A DNA stretch of 64,000 nt, taken from assembly GCA_001662655.1 (NCBI GenBank), contig KV460237.1, one strand, 5' to 3'. Of this stretch, positions 1 through 10,688 are shown one piece after another. Origin of the DNA: Pseudogymnoascus verrucosus (lineage: Eukaryota). A program made the translations under genes and the position numbers. Below the pieces are notes generated by a model. The model was given only the letters and a program-made list of their open reading frames with translations. It was not told the DNA's origin and made no database searches. Position 1 is the stretch's first letter, and each line of letters begins with the position of its first letter.

Positions 1-462
1 TTGGTCCCAGGAGCGCCTCTTGAATGTCGACTGCCTCGAGGAGGGTCTCCCGCTCCAAGGCCTTAATCCAGCTGCCCTGAATCCAAAGCTGCTTGATCGA
101 GATATCTGGAATCAAACTATCTCCACCTGGAAAGGGCAGGATTGACGTCCACGCATGGCCCGAGAGATTTGGGTATTTCGAGGAGAAGGGTGGCTGGCGG
201 AGATACAGGATCGGCAACGAAAGATATGTGCCAATTGACACCGTAACGGCGATAGTCGCAAGTGCGTGCCGTGCCATGACCATCCCGAGATGGGACATCC
301 ATCTGTGAAGCTGGTGATCATCGTGAAGTATGGGTGGGTTCAAAGTTCTGTTTGCACGATAGTAAGAAATAGAATGCAGTCACCTAGGATGGGGAAGAGT
401 TGGCTTTGACCAATAACATGACACACTTACCCTCGTAGAACATAAAGCAGATACCATATCAT
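1..462 (-). CDS. scp1: SREBP cleavage-activating protein (SCAP/Scp1-like), 5' portion; gene runs off the left edge
   Basis: Manual translation: ATG at 462 gives MIWYLLYVLRG, then a GTAAGT...CAG intron (430-348), then GTLNPPILHDDHQLHRWMSHLGMVMARHALATIAVTVSIGTYLSLPILYL...NLSGHAWT...PDISIKQLWIQGSWIKALERETLLEAVDIQEALLGP, open to base 1. This matches the N-terminus I recall for Pezizomycotina SCAP (MIWYLLYPFRGTTEPP...NLPHHVWT...IWVHGSYMKAL...QDELLGP). The sterol-sensing and WD40 domains would lie outside the window. Not in the ORF track. Confidence 0.8.
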
Positions 463-513
463 CGTAATTAAAGTGCATGTTGTGCGTTGCTGTCTACGGT
501 AGGTTGATGAAAG

Positions 514-547
514 CGTGCTTAACCATCCCTTTCGATGGTTAAGCACG
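514..547. repeat. Perfect 14-bp inverted repeat (hairpin) upstream of the SCAP ATG
   Basis: CGTGCTTAACCATC (514-527), loop CCTTTC, GATGGTTAAGCACG (534-547); overlaps the E-box CACGTG at 544-549. Confidence 0.9.
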
Positions 548-1055
548 TGACTAGATGGTCGGTTTAACAGGTTTTATTAGATATTTCCAGGATACGGGGG
601 GGATCTACACACGGTGTAATTCTCCGGTGGCCTAAAATATCCCTTCTGGCAAAACGGAAGCTAGTATATGGCGTAGTAATACATACAGTGATCAATTGAG
701 TTATTCTATCCATTCAAATGGGCCTACGCAGTGGTTTATAGGCTTTGAAGAGTCTGCTATGACCCCCGAAACCACTGAGTAGTCTACTGTTTCCAGTGCA
801 GAGCCTCTACTAGCCCTAGTGAGTACCACGGGGAGAGCTGGCCCTACGGTGAGGATTACCAGCTTTTCAGGGCCAAAAACCCGGAATCTCCCAGAGCTCG
901 GCCCGGTTTCCCAACGGGTTTGGCATTATCAGTATTATTATTTACGGCAGTTACATCACCGAAGAAGGTACTGTCACTTCGCGCGGACTCTGGACGCGAA
1001 TAGTTCAGCGGCAATAAGCTAGACATGTATGCATGAGACCCGCAGCCCTGGTCAT

Positions 1056-4000
1056 TCAGCAACGTGTGTCCCTCATCCCGACCAACCAACTTAACACATC
1101 AACACATAGCATCGCTATCTCACATTTGACATTCTTTCCCAGTCCACTGTTCCTACCCTGTGTCCCGCTCATCCACAGCTTCAGAGCACCTGCAACGTTC
1201 TCTAATGCTCCCCTAGTCTCATTTTCGAGAGCATTATCCCGAAATGCTGTGTCTAACCAGTTGTATGCAGCCGTGAAACCAAGGAGGCCAAAATCATTGT
1301 CATATATGTGAATGTTTCTGATTAAGGCGATTGCTTCTTTCTTATATTGCGCACGCTTCAGGAGCGCAACAGCCATGGCATATTGCAAAGCTAGGCGAAG
1401 CTCAGGATGAGTCTCTGAATTTATAGAACTGGATAAAATAGCATCAGCCATTGTTGGAACGCAAGTGCCGGATTTCGACAGCGGCGGTAGAACTTGAAGA
1501 GCGGCAGCAATATTAGCACCCCGATGCTCGTTTAGTAGTACTGCGCAAGCAACAACACTGTAGCCTTGAACTAAAGACCCAGTGGGGGAAATCTTTAGGG
1601 CGAGATCAAGATCATGTTGGAAGTCAGCATTGCTGTCCGCAAGGCCAGTTCTCGACCGGAGAAAGTTGACTAGCGCTTTGTGAAGTTTAACACATGAGCA
1701 CCACGCAGAAAGAGCATCTAACGGAGAACCTATAGCAGTGTCATTGATGACAGTGTTCATGCCATCAGTGCAATCGGATACCTTGTTGTCGGTTGGCCTA
1801 TCCCAAGCAAGATTGTGTGCCCGTTGCACCACTCTGTGCTGCATGACGGTGTCAATGTCGAGATCTAGTAAATTAGCCAAATAATCTGGCAGCGCGTCCG
1901 ATCTAGATGTGTCGTTTAATGGCAGTGATAAGCTGATTCGGTTATGGAGCTTCCTCGCTTTCACCCACTGATATCTTGCGAACTTCATAGCAAAGGTCCT
2001 GCACAAGTACCGCCCGCGAAGCTTGCTATTAGAAAGCTCCCATAGAAGGACATGAATGTGGAGGGCTTTGAGCATAAGTCGATAGGGTGTTACGGGAAGC
2101 GTTTCGGAAGCTAGAATCGTTAAGGCTAGTCGACTCAAATTGATCTCAGCGTCGCCGCCAGTAAGCTGCGCATCAATTGCGATTTCCCATGCCCTAATTC
2201 GTGCCACTTCCTGCTCTTCAGTTGCACCAGTCAACATTGCGTATCCATGCCATCCAACGACTTTGCGGATCCCTAGGTTCAGAGACTTCAACAGCAGGGC
2301 TGCGAGTTGTTGCAGAAGGCTATTTTGTGGAACCCAGACCGTCTGAATGGCAGTAAGCCAGGCGCTGCGTCGAACTTCTACCGGTGATCCTAGTGGCAGA
2401 GCAGACTTAGGTGCGAGGTATGGTACAGCCTTTACTTTTTCCTGTAGCTTCGAGTCGAAGAAGGACGGAGAGATAATATAAATGACGGCACCGAACAACA
2501 GGAGGACTTTGAATACGGTGTGGAAGCTTCGGAGTAACAAAGCAAATTCGACAGCATTCGACGGACCCAGTGACCATATGATGTCCCCTAGCTGCCCGAT
2601 GTATTCAGTTGGCAGACTGAAAAGACCGCGAGCTGAAGGCCCGTCGTAGGCCTGCTCATTTTCACCCAAACCTTGCATGACCATGAGACCAGCTAATGAA
2701 CCCACCATGAACTTGCTCATGTATCCGCCACGGCTGGTATTCTGCCTACCGGCAAGGCGCACATCACGACTGGGTGGGGAAGCCTGGTTGGTCGTCGCAG
2801 TATTCGCTTGGTATTGTAGATGTGCTGCATTCCCACGTATTCCTCTCCACTGTAGTGGCTCTTGGTGTCGGCCAGTATCTATTTCTGGTGATTTTGTAGC
2901 CGCCAGCGCTTTAAAGACATCGAGTCGTATTTGCATCGTCGCCATCTGGTCGTTATGTTTCTTGATACGTTCCTCTAGCTCTCGGATATAGTCAGCTGCT
3001 TCTGATAAGACCACCGCTTTATTGATCTTCTGCCCTTTCGATCCATGATCATTGTTGACGTTCTCATATTCATCCTCGTTATGCCCGCTGCCCTGATGAG
3101 TTTTATTATACTTAGCCTTCAGGTTTGGTAACCTATTGCAAAGTGCATCAATCTTATCGTTGAGGTTCGCCCGGTATCTCTTTTCAATGATATTATGGGC
3201 TGCTTTCGCTCTCGGCAAACGCTTGCGACCTGCAGAAGTTGAACCAGCCTCATCATCGCTGACTGAAGGCTTCCGCTTATTGTTTGGTATATTATGACTC
3301 GGTTCAGGCGATGTTGCAGACGGGGCCCAGCCGTCACGGCTCGTGGAAAACAGACTCTGTTCAGTGAGATCACTGCTGTGTGGCGGACTGGTTTGAGAAG
3401 ATCGCGCGAATTGGGGATTCAGGCAAGTGTCCGTAACCGTACGGAGTTGGGATCCCCCTAGAAAGTCCAAGTTCAGATATTCTTCTGTCCATTGCGGGAT
3501 GAAATCTGCAGGTGGCAGCAGGCTCTCACTGGGAGACACATGGGTGCATCCGAGAGGTGACCCACCATCGCTCGAGTTACGATCGATTGGCGTTATTGCT
3601 TCGCCCGTTGCCGTTGCCGAGTGGGGAAAAAACTCGGGGTAAGACGTTCCATCGTCGGTCGCTAGAGGGGTAGGTGATCTTAGCAGATCGTTGTCCCCAC
3701 CCCATTGTGTCCAATCCTCCCAATTGTTCCAATCGAAGAACGACGGAGATGTTGTTGCAGTAGTCGTATCCCTCGGTAACGGATGCCACGCAGTAGCTGG
3801 ATCTCTACCATCTAAATCTGTCGTCAAGTCGACGGACGTGGCCGAAGAGGGAAACCGCTGGCTGTAATCCGATGAAGCAGTATATGTTGAACGTGTTCTC
3901 GACGATGTGGAACAGCGGCTAGTGTTCGAGAAGAACGCGATATTCTACGTCCCGTCAGCGACGACACCAAAGGGTGACGGGAGAAACACCAACCACATCC

Positions 4001-4062
4001 TCTTCCAAGGCAACAGGACCGTGCTCCGTAGCCTCATCACCAAGGCTCTGGGGGGTTTCCAT
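1056..4062 (-). CDS. Sterol regulatory element-binding protein (SREBP; SrbA/Sre1 family) with bHLH, membrane segments and DUF2014-type C-terminus
   Basis: bHLH HNIIEKRYRANLNDKI carries the SREBP-diagnostic Tyr. It is followed by MSKFMVGSLAGLMVMQG, SARGLFSLP, a TM segment FKVLLLFGAVIYII, and RRSAWLTAIQTVWVP / AWEIAIDAQLTGGDAEINLSRL / SPLDALSAW blocks typical of fungal SREBPs. True start inferred at ATG 4062 (METPQSLG) with a phase-0 intron at ~3993-3945 (CTGAC...TAG) joining in frame to the ORF-track frame. Confidence 0.93.
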
Positions 4063-4309
4063 TGTACAGAACCCGTCTCGAGATGCGCGTTGGCCGAGAA
4101 AGATGGGAAAATATGGAGAGAAGCAAAAATGAAGAGAATGGTATTCGAGGGTCTATTCTATTGACTACTTGTCTGGTCGGCCCCGCATGTTGGTTGGTGC
4201 CGAAGGTGGACTGATGGTATCAGGCCAGTCCACGCACTAGACCATCGTCCTGGGTTGGTGGCGAAGGGACCACGCCAGGGACGATGGTGACACCGTCAGT
4301 GCGCTATTT

Positions 4310-4375
4310 GAATTGTCCAATCGCATACGTGTAAAGGAATAAGGCCTGTTCTAGACGCTATATATCACATGATAT
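4310..4375. repeat. 66-bp promoter module, copy 1 (between divergent SREBP and JEN1-like genes)
   Basis: GAATTGTCCAATCGCATACGTGTAAAGGAATAAGGCCTGTTCTAGACGCTATATATCACATGATAT; matches 8333-8397 with 4 substitutions and 1 indel. Confidence 0.92.
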
Positions 4376-4696
4376 CACTTCGATATCGATCCAAATAGAA
4401 GCACCTTTTGCAGATATGCAGAGCAGAGATATAACAATCGGGCCGTATAATAATTAAGGGTTTGGGCGAGCCTCTAAGTCCGAGAACACTGCCTGCCTTT
4501 TGCACGCCTAGTACTGACTCCCTGTTTAGACTTCAGGATGATTAAAATTCTGTGGCGTATGTATATAGAGGGCTACAGGCCTCAAAATAGTGACTGATGG
4601 ACCCTTGCACCTGTGTCTTGCTTGTGTCTTTCTGCGACAGCGAAATTGAATATCTGCATTACCTGCTCCGAGCGACAGACACAACTAACCGCCACG

Positions 4697-6568
4697 ATGA
4701 GGAATTACATGGCCGCGGGTTGGTTCTAGTATGCTGCCCTCACTCTCTATAGTACTCCCCATACTGATATCAGCAACAGCTCCCCTAGCCAGATAAAACG
4801 CTACATTATATCGCGCCCGATGAGCTTGCGCCCACCAGTGACCAAGCTCAGGAATCCGATCTCTGTTCTCCGCGAACTTAATTCTCACCAGTGGATAATG
4901 TTCCTCGTTGGTTTCATTAGCTGGGTCTGGGATGCGTTCGACTTCTTCACCGTCTCACTGACCATCACTGATATCGCAAATGACTTCGGAGTCTCTAAAG
5001 CGGATGTCTCTTGGGGAATTGTATGTTCACTTCCTAAGCAGCATTGATTTTTCTGACGGTGGCTACCCAAGACTGTAACTTTGATGCTTCGATCAGTTGG
5101 CGCTCTGATCTGTGGAGGTTTATCCGATCGCTACGGCCGGAAGTGGCCTATGATGATTAGCCTAGGCTTGTTCGTTGTCCTCGAACTCGGATCTGGCTTC
5201 TGCCAAAATGTTCAGCAGTTCATAGCAATCCGTGCTATCTATGGCATAGTCATGGGCGGTACGCATTTGGTCTCTATTCCAACCTATACCAGCATTAATC
5301 CGTCTAGGACTCGTCGGCCCTGCAGCAGCAACGGCACTGGAAGATCTCCCCTACGACGCTCGCGGTGTCCTCTCAGGACTCTTCCTCTCTGCTTACGCTA
5401 TCGGCTACCTCCTTGCCGCCGTCTTTTGCCTTGCGCTTGTTCCTACAACGCCGAACGGATGGCGAAGTCTGTTCTGGTTTGGCGCCGGCCCGCCCATCCT
5501 CATCATGGCCTTCCGTTATTGGGCCCCTGAGACGAACGCCTTCCAGATCATCAAGGCCGAGCGCGATTCCAAACACAGACACAACACTGACCTTAGTGGC
5601 AGCGCGTCGAAGTACTTTGATCTTCATACTTACACCCGGGAAGCCAAGGTCGCGCTCACGCAGAACGTAGGCTCTCTCTTCCGCTATAGGGTTTTCATCC
5701 TCTAATAACCTTTCGCTCTAGTGGGTTCTAATCACCTACATGGTCATCCTAATGTCTGGCCTCAACGCGACAACCCACGGCAGCCAGGACTTCTATCCCA
5801 CCTTCCTCACATCGCAACTCGGCATGACTACACAAGAGGTCACAGTCATCACCGTTGTGGGCCAGATTGGTGCCGCCATCGGCGCCACATGTATTGGGTA
5901 CATTAGCACTTTCGCCGGCCGCCGGTTGACTATGATGACAGCTGCTGTCTTTGGCGGCGCCATCCTGCCCGCCTATATTCTCCCAAAAACTAAGTCCTTA
6001 GCTGCGGGTGCCTTCTTCGAGCAGTTCTTCGTGCTCGGTATCTGGGGTATGTCTTTGTTCCTAACCATTTCGTATCCCACCACGTGAAACCAGTACTTAC
6101 CTTGCCACAGGTCCCGTTGCGATACATCTAATGGAGCTTTCCCCACCTGCCTTACGCTCCCTCCTTGTTGGCCTAACCTACCAACTGGGCAACCTCGCCT
6201 CCTCGGCGTCAGCCACAATCCAAGCCACAATTGGGGAGAAGTTCCCACTTCCCCCTAGCGCGACGGAATCAAATCGCTTTGATTATGGGAAGGTTATTGG
6301 GATCTTCATGGGAGCGGTGTGGGCATACGATGTGATCATGCTGTTCATAGGCCCTGAGATGAGCCAAGAGGAGCGGGATGATGAAGCTGAGGCTGGGCTT
6401 CAGCTTGAGAGGTTGAGAAAGGCGGGGATGAGTTTGTCGGAAGTCGGGGCGGCGAGTGGGGCGTGGAAGGTAGAGAGGGAATTAGAGTTGCAGAGGGTAA
6501 AAAGCGTGGCTGCTGCAAAAGAGATGGAGGGAGTAAAGGAAACCGACGTTGCAGGAGAGAGTGTGTGA
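4697..6568 (+). CDS. JEN1-like carboxylate (lactate/pyruvate):H+ symporter, MFS
   Basis: Multi-exon: MRNYMAAGWFY|SPSQIKRYIISRPMSLRPP..., WVWDAFDFFTVS, TLMLRSVGALICGGLSDRYGRKWP, ATALEDLPYDARGVLSG, NATTHGSQDFYPT (JEN1 signature NxxS/THxS/TQDxxxT), GLTYQLGNLASSASATIQA. Confidence 0.9.
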
Positions 6569-7199
6569 TGCTGTAGGCTAGCTATATGAGGGGATAGGCG
6601 CTGGGGACAGTAAATTATAATTTATGACTGCTCTTCGTACCCTATTTCTTATAGTTGCATTCTAATAGAGAAAACTTAAGGATGAAATTGAGAGAGATGT
6701 TATGGAAGTCTGGTATTCATTTCGGGTCTAGACATGCGCAGGGAGGCGCAGGAGGCATATAAGTGGAAGGCTGACGGACCATAGGCGAGGATAGAACGAA
6801 ATGTATAAGATATTAGGATATACGAGAAGGAGATTGTGGCGGCATAACTAAAGAAATTTATTAAGAGACAAGTCTCACATATAACAAAACTGCCGTGGCC
6901 AGGGCGCCTATTGCTTGGAAAAGATCCGGCATAAGCATTGCCAAAAATTCTTTTGCATTCCTTACGCTTGCCGTCTGTTCGTTACTGCAACTATTTCCCT
7001 TTATATTAATTATCAATCTAATAGAGATGCTTCAGATCAGCTCTTCGTTATTCACCCACAGCCCTATCACTGCTCAATGGCTCATCGATATGGCCACGTT
7101 GACGACAAAGTGAAGGTAAGTTCCTTTTTATTTCAAACGTAAAGTAAATCGACAATTAAATTCCATTTAGCTACTAGACTCCTATGAAATTCCCAGCGG

Positions 7200-7907
7200 T
7201 CAAGAGATCCGCACTGCGGCTTCTGCTAGCTTAATACTCTCCGACGTCTGACCTTTGATAACACTGATCAGATAGTTTTCCCCATTAATGCCCACTGCAT
7301 GTATAACGGCATTCTCCCCAAATCCACAGTCTCCCTCGTTATCACCCGCCTCATCGTATTCCGCAAAGCTCTCCTTGGTGATTCCGTCCTCTTTGGACAA
7401 GAGCACGCCGTGTGCAAAGGCTCGCGCCTTGTCGTCTCTCATGAATATGCCCTCGATATTGACATCGCGATCTTGTCCTTCATCGCCGTTCGCATACTTG
7501 ACATTCGTTTGCACTACATAGTAGAGATCGGTCGCAATCCGGCCGTCCTCATTATCAGTCGTTAAGTGGCCAATGTTGGGAGTAGTGCTAATGGAAATGC
7601 GGAAGGTTGTTCCATCAGATGCCACCGCGAATACCACCAGACCCATGCGTTGATGGATTCTATAGCTCTCTAGGGCCGCAGGATCGACCTCATATTGTGA
7701 GAACCACTCTCGCTCGTAACCAGCATCAAATAGGCAGCTGTGCGCTGCAGCTTTGGCGGCCTCTGGAGTGCGATATGTTCCAGCAATGCGGATCTTTTCA
7801 ATCACACTATTGGGATCCTTTTGGATGTGAGAAGTCGTCAAAACGATATGGTACAAGTTTTCAAGGTTGGCATTGCCAACGGAGGTGTTCTGAGTAGAGG
7901 AGGCCAT
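7200..7907 (-). CDS. Hypothetical cytosolic protein (235 aa), function unknown
   Basis: Single long ORF. ATG 7907 (MASSTQNTSV) is preferred because a TATATA box lies ~50 bp upstream. Two similar halves (LYHIV...IAGTYRTPEAAKAAAHSCL / LYYVV...IEGIFMRDDKARAFAHGVL). Confidence 0.75.
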   Translation of the reverse strand: MASSTQNTSVGNANLENLYHIVLTTSHIQKDPNSVIEKIRIAGTYRTPEAAKAAAHSCLFDAGYEREWFSQYEVDPAALESYRIHQRMGLVVFAVASDGTTFRISISTTPNIGHLTTDNEDGRIATDLYYVVQTNVKYANGDEGQDRDVNIEGIFMRDDKARAFAHGVLLSKEDGITKESFAEYDEAGDNEGDCGFGENAVIHAVGINGENYLISVIKGQTSESIKLAEAAVRIS

Positions 7908-8332
7908 TTTGTTTGTCTGCTCTATAAGATACTCTAACAGGACATTGAGACAACTATATATATGAGTTGCACACAACTTCATGCTCTGGAATAAGATGTG
8001 GCGTTTGTCGGGTTCCGACCGCATCATGTCACACCCCTACACGGGGGTCAAGGTGATTCATCCAGCAACCAGTAAACTTTGCTAGTTTATCCATCTCTGA
8101 TCGTCATTCTCTATCAGCCCACAGTGGTGTGAGAAACCATAGTGGAATTAGTGTTTATCGCAATGGCCAGGGCTAGCTCTAGTATACCCATATACACAGC
8201 AAAGGTGATTGGTGACACCACTATAAATATTCATGCATTTATTGGCAATGGTTAGTGGCGGGTCAGTTGATCCATCGCATCTAGACCCCTCTAACAAGTT
8301 CGATGTGACATGTCATGGCCCGTGCGCCAAGC

Positions 8333-8397
8333 GAATTATCCAATCGTGTACGTGTAAGGAATAAGGCCTGTTCTAGACGCTATAAATCACATGATAT
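8333..8397. repeat. 66-bp promoter module, copy 2 (between the divergent hypothetical gene and the bZIP gene)
   Basis: GAATTATCCAATCGTGTACGTGTAAGGAATAAGGCCTGTTCTAGACGCTATAAATCACATGATAT; direct repeat of 4310-4375. Confidence 0.92.
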
Positions 8398-8629
8398 TAA
8401 TAGAGATCTAAGTACTCTCTAGACCCACAGAAAATATAAGATGGAATACAGAGCATATGTCCGGAACCTAGGTAGTAGTATTGAACGGAGGCATGTGGTA
8501 ATACGCCTAATTTGCACATATCTTGTTGCTCTTTGCCAGCTTGTAAATATCAATCTAGTAAACCGCCCAAGCCACGAGTTCACTCAAATATCTCAAATCT
8601 ATCACACATCATATGAACTACTAGCAAAG

Positions 8630-9814
8630 ATGGAGGATCCATTGACCATGTTCGACAACAACTTCCACATCTCAGACTCCGAGATGCCTTACTTCTCATA
8701 CCCAGATGCCTGCGTCGACTACCAGGTCACCGACTTCAGAAATCTCTCATGCCTCTTCGACCCACAAATAAGCTACCAAACTGAACCTAATGTCCACCTC
8801 GACAATGCTCTCACCAGAGTTTCCCACAGCAACAGGAGCAGCATCAGCAGCATCAGCAGCAATGAGTCCCCAGAACTTCACGAGGATCTCCCTAACTTCT
8901 TCTCTGAGCACCTGTTATCCTCCCCGGCTACTGGTCAGCCATTTGCAACTCTCGATGCACAGATCCCACACTCGGGATACTCTTCAATGCCATTAGACAG
9001 CCACCTAGCTATCACAGCGCCGAACTCATGGGCCTCGCCACCTCCTACGTCTCCTTCTACGTGCCCCGCTATCTTCACCTCTGGCTTGGAACCATTCAAG
9101 CACCACACGGTGATGAATCATGGACAAGTAACACCGGGCAATTCACCTAAGGACCTTCAGCCCTTACTACGGGAGAGCACGAAAGCTGCGCCGATGACGC
9201 GGCGGCAGTCGAGAAAGGGGAAGGAAGTAGCAGCTGTCACTACTACTACTAATAATGCTACTGCTGCGGTATCGGTCGAGAGCGAGAAAAACACGAAACC
9301 ACTTAAGGATGGTAGGGCGAAAGTCAAGAAGCCGACGAAATCGCAGCAACCGTCGAAGAAGACAACTCTTGAGAATGTTGCTGCTAAACGGGAGGCATTC
9401 CTAAAGAGGAATAAAGAGGCGGCATCTAAGTGCCGGATGAAGATGAAGACGCAGAGGGTGGAGGATGCAGTGAGAATGACGGTCCTCACAGAGGATAATG
9501 CGTCGAAGGGGCTAGAGGTCGAGAAGTTGAGGAGCGAGGTATATGGATTGAAGAAACTGCTGTTGTCGCATTACAGAGAGTGTGGTGAGGAGAGGCTCAT
9601 GGAGTATTGGAATGGGTTTAGAGGCGTAGGAGCAGGGGAGGGGGTGGGAGCTGGGAGGCACGGAGATGGAAATGTAGTGGGCAGTGTAGAGGGAAGCTTT
9701 GAGGATGGTGGGGTGAATATTTATGAGGAGGAGGGGCGAGAGGAGCCGAGGCAGCGCCACAGAGACGACATGGAGGATATTTCCGTTTGCTCATTCGACT
9801 CTGGAGTGCATTAA
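8630..9814 (+). CDS. bZIP transcription factor, ATF/CREB-like (Atf21/AtfB type)
   Basis: Basic region KREAFLKRNKEAASKCRMKMK followed by a zipper ending LRSEVYGLKKLLLSH..C; HGQVTP motif upstream. Start at MEDPLTMF (8630) is inferred; the ORF track opens at 8441. Confidence 0.88.
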   Translation: MEDPLTMFDNNFHISDSEMPYFSYPDACVDYQVTDFRNLSCLFDPQISYQTEPNVHLDNALTRVSHSNRSSISSISSNESPELHEDLPNFFSEHLLSSPATGQPFATLDAQIPHSGYSSMPLDSHLAITAPNSWASPPPTSPSTCPAIFTSGLEPFKHHTVMNHGQVTPGNSPKDLQPLLRESTKAAPMTRRQSRKGKEVAAVTTTTNNATAAVSVESEKNTKPLKDGRAKVKKPTKSQQPSKKTTLENVAAKREAFLKRNKEAASKCRMKMKTQRVEDAVRMTVLTEDNASKGLEVEKLRSEVYGLKKLLLSHYRECGEERLMEYWNGFRGVGAGEGVGAGRHGDGNVVGSVEGSFEDGGVNIYEEEGREEPRQRHRDDMEDISVCSFDSGVH

Positions 9815-10187
9815 ATGATGTCATGAATATAGACGGTTGGGAGTAGAGTGGGAGCTAGAGTCGAGCCCGAGCTTTGGGGTTGCGGCGGTTCGGTTTATCT
9901 TGACACTTTACTAGGATTAATAAAAGCTCGTCTGTATGGCTGTTCTGTTGATTGGATTCGTCAGGAAAATGATTTGTTGTGGAGCCAGACCATCTCCGCA
10001 CTTTCTGGCAGTTGGGGCGGGATGGCTTGGGGGTGGCGTGGGGATGGCGCGATGGGTCCGGGATGTACATTAGGCCACCCTAGACCGCTGAACCCCTAGA
10101 CCGTGCCTAGACCACCTGGATCACATAGACCACCTGGACCACACCACCCTGGATGCGCCCTCCAGCGCCCTAGGCCACAGTGGCGTC

Positions 10188-10232
10188 GAGTTCCAATATT
10201 CGGACAACCTCGGTGTCCGAATATTGGAACTC
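10188..10232. repeat. Perfect 19-bp inverted repeat with 7-nt loop
   Basis: GAGTTCCAATATTCGGACA (10188-10206), ACCTCGG, TGTCCGAATATTGGAACTC (10214-10232). Confidence 0.95.
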
Positions 10233-10688
10233 ATGGTCGTGCTGCACCGCTTTGCCACTATGACAAGGGGCCGGCGATGTACAGTACAGTGGTGGAGCTC
10301 AAATGGTACTGTGGAAGTGGATGTCTGGTGGCTCAGCCTCGCAGTCTGCTTCTCATTCCTCTAATGTAACTAGGATCGGCCTGCGCTCTGCTATGACTTC
10401 CATTGGCTTATATATAACGTCTTGCGCTGTATGTGAGTGTCAAAAGCTTCACCTTTGACAATATGTCATGTTGCGCCGACATGTCTATCTCTTTCCCCTA
10501 CACACGTTAGATACGATATACACGCTATATTCACACATTGTCCACACACATGTTGTTTAGCTCTGACTAGAGTGATACTCCTAATTACTGCTCACACAGC
10601 CTCACGTTATAAAGGCATTGGACACGCTTTGATGTAATAGACCAACCTCAGTTCACTCAACACCACTATCACCATCACGACCACCACC

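Noticed and set aside
93..321. Three short ORF-track ORFs at the left edge
   Set aside because: They are off-frame or antisense to the SCAP exon, which is open to base 1 in a different minus-strand frame.
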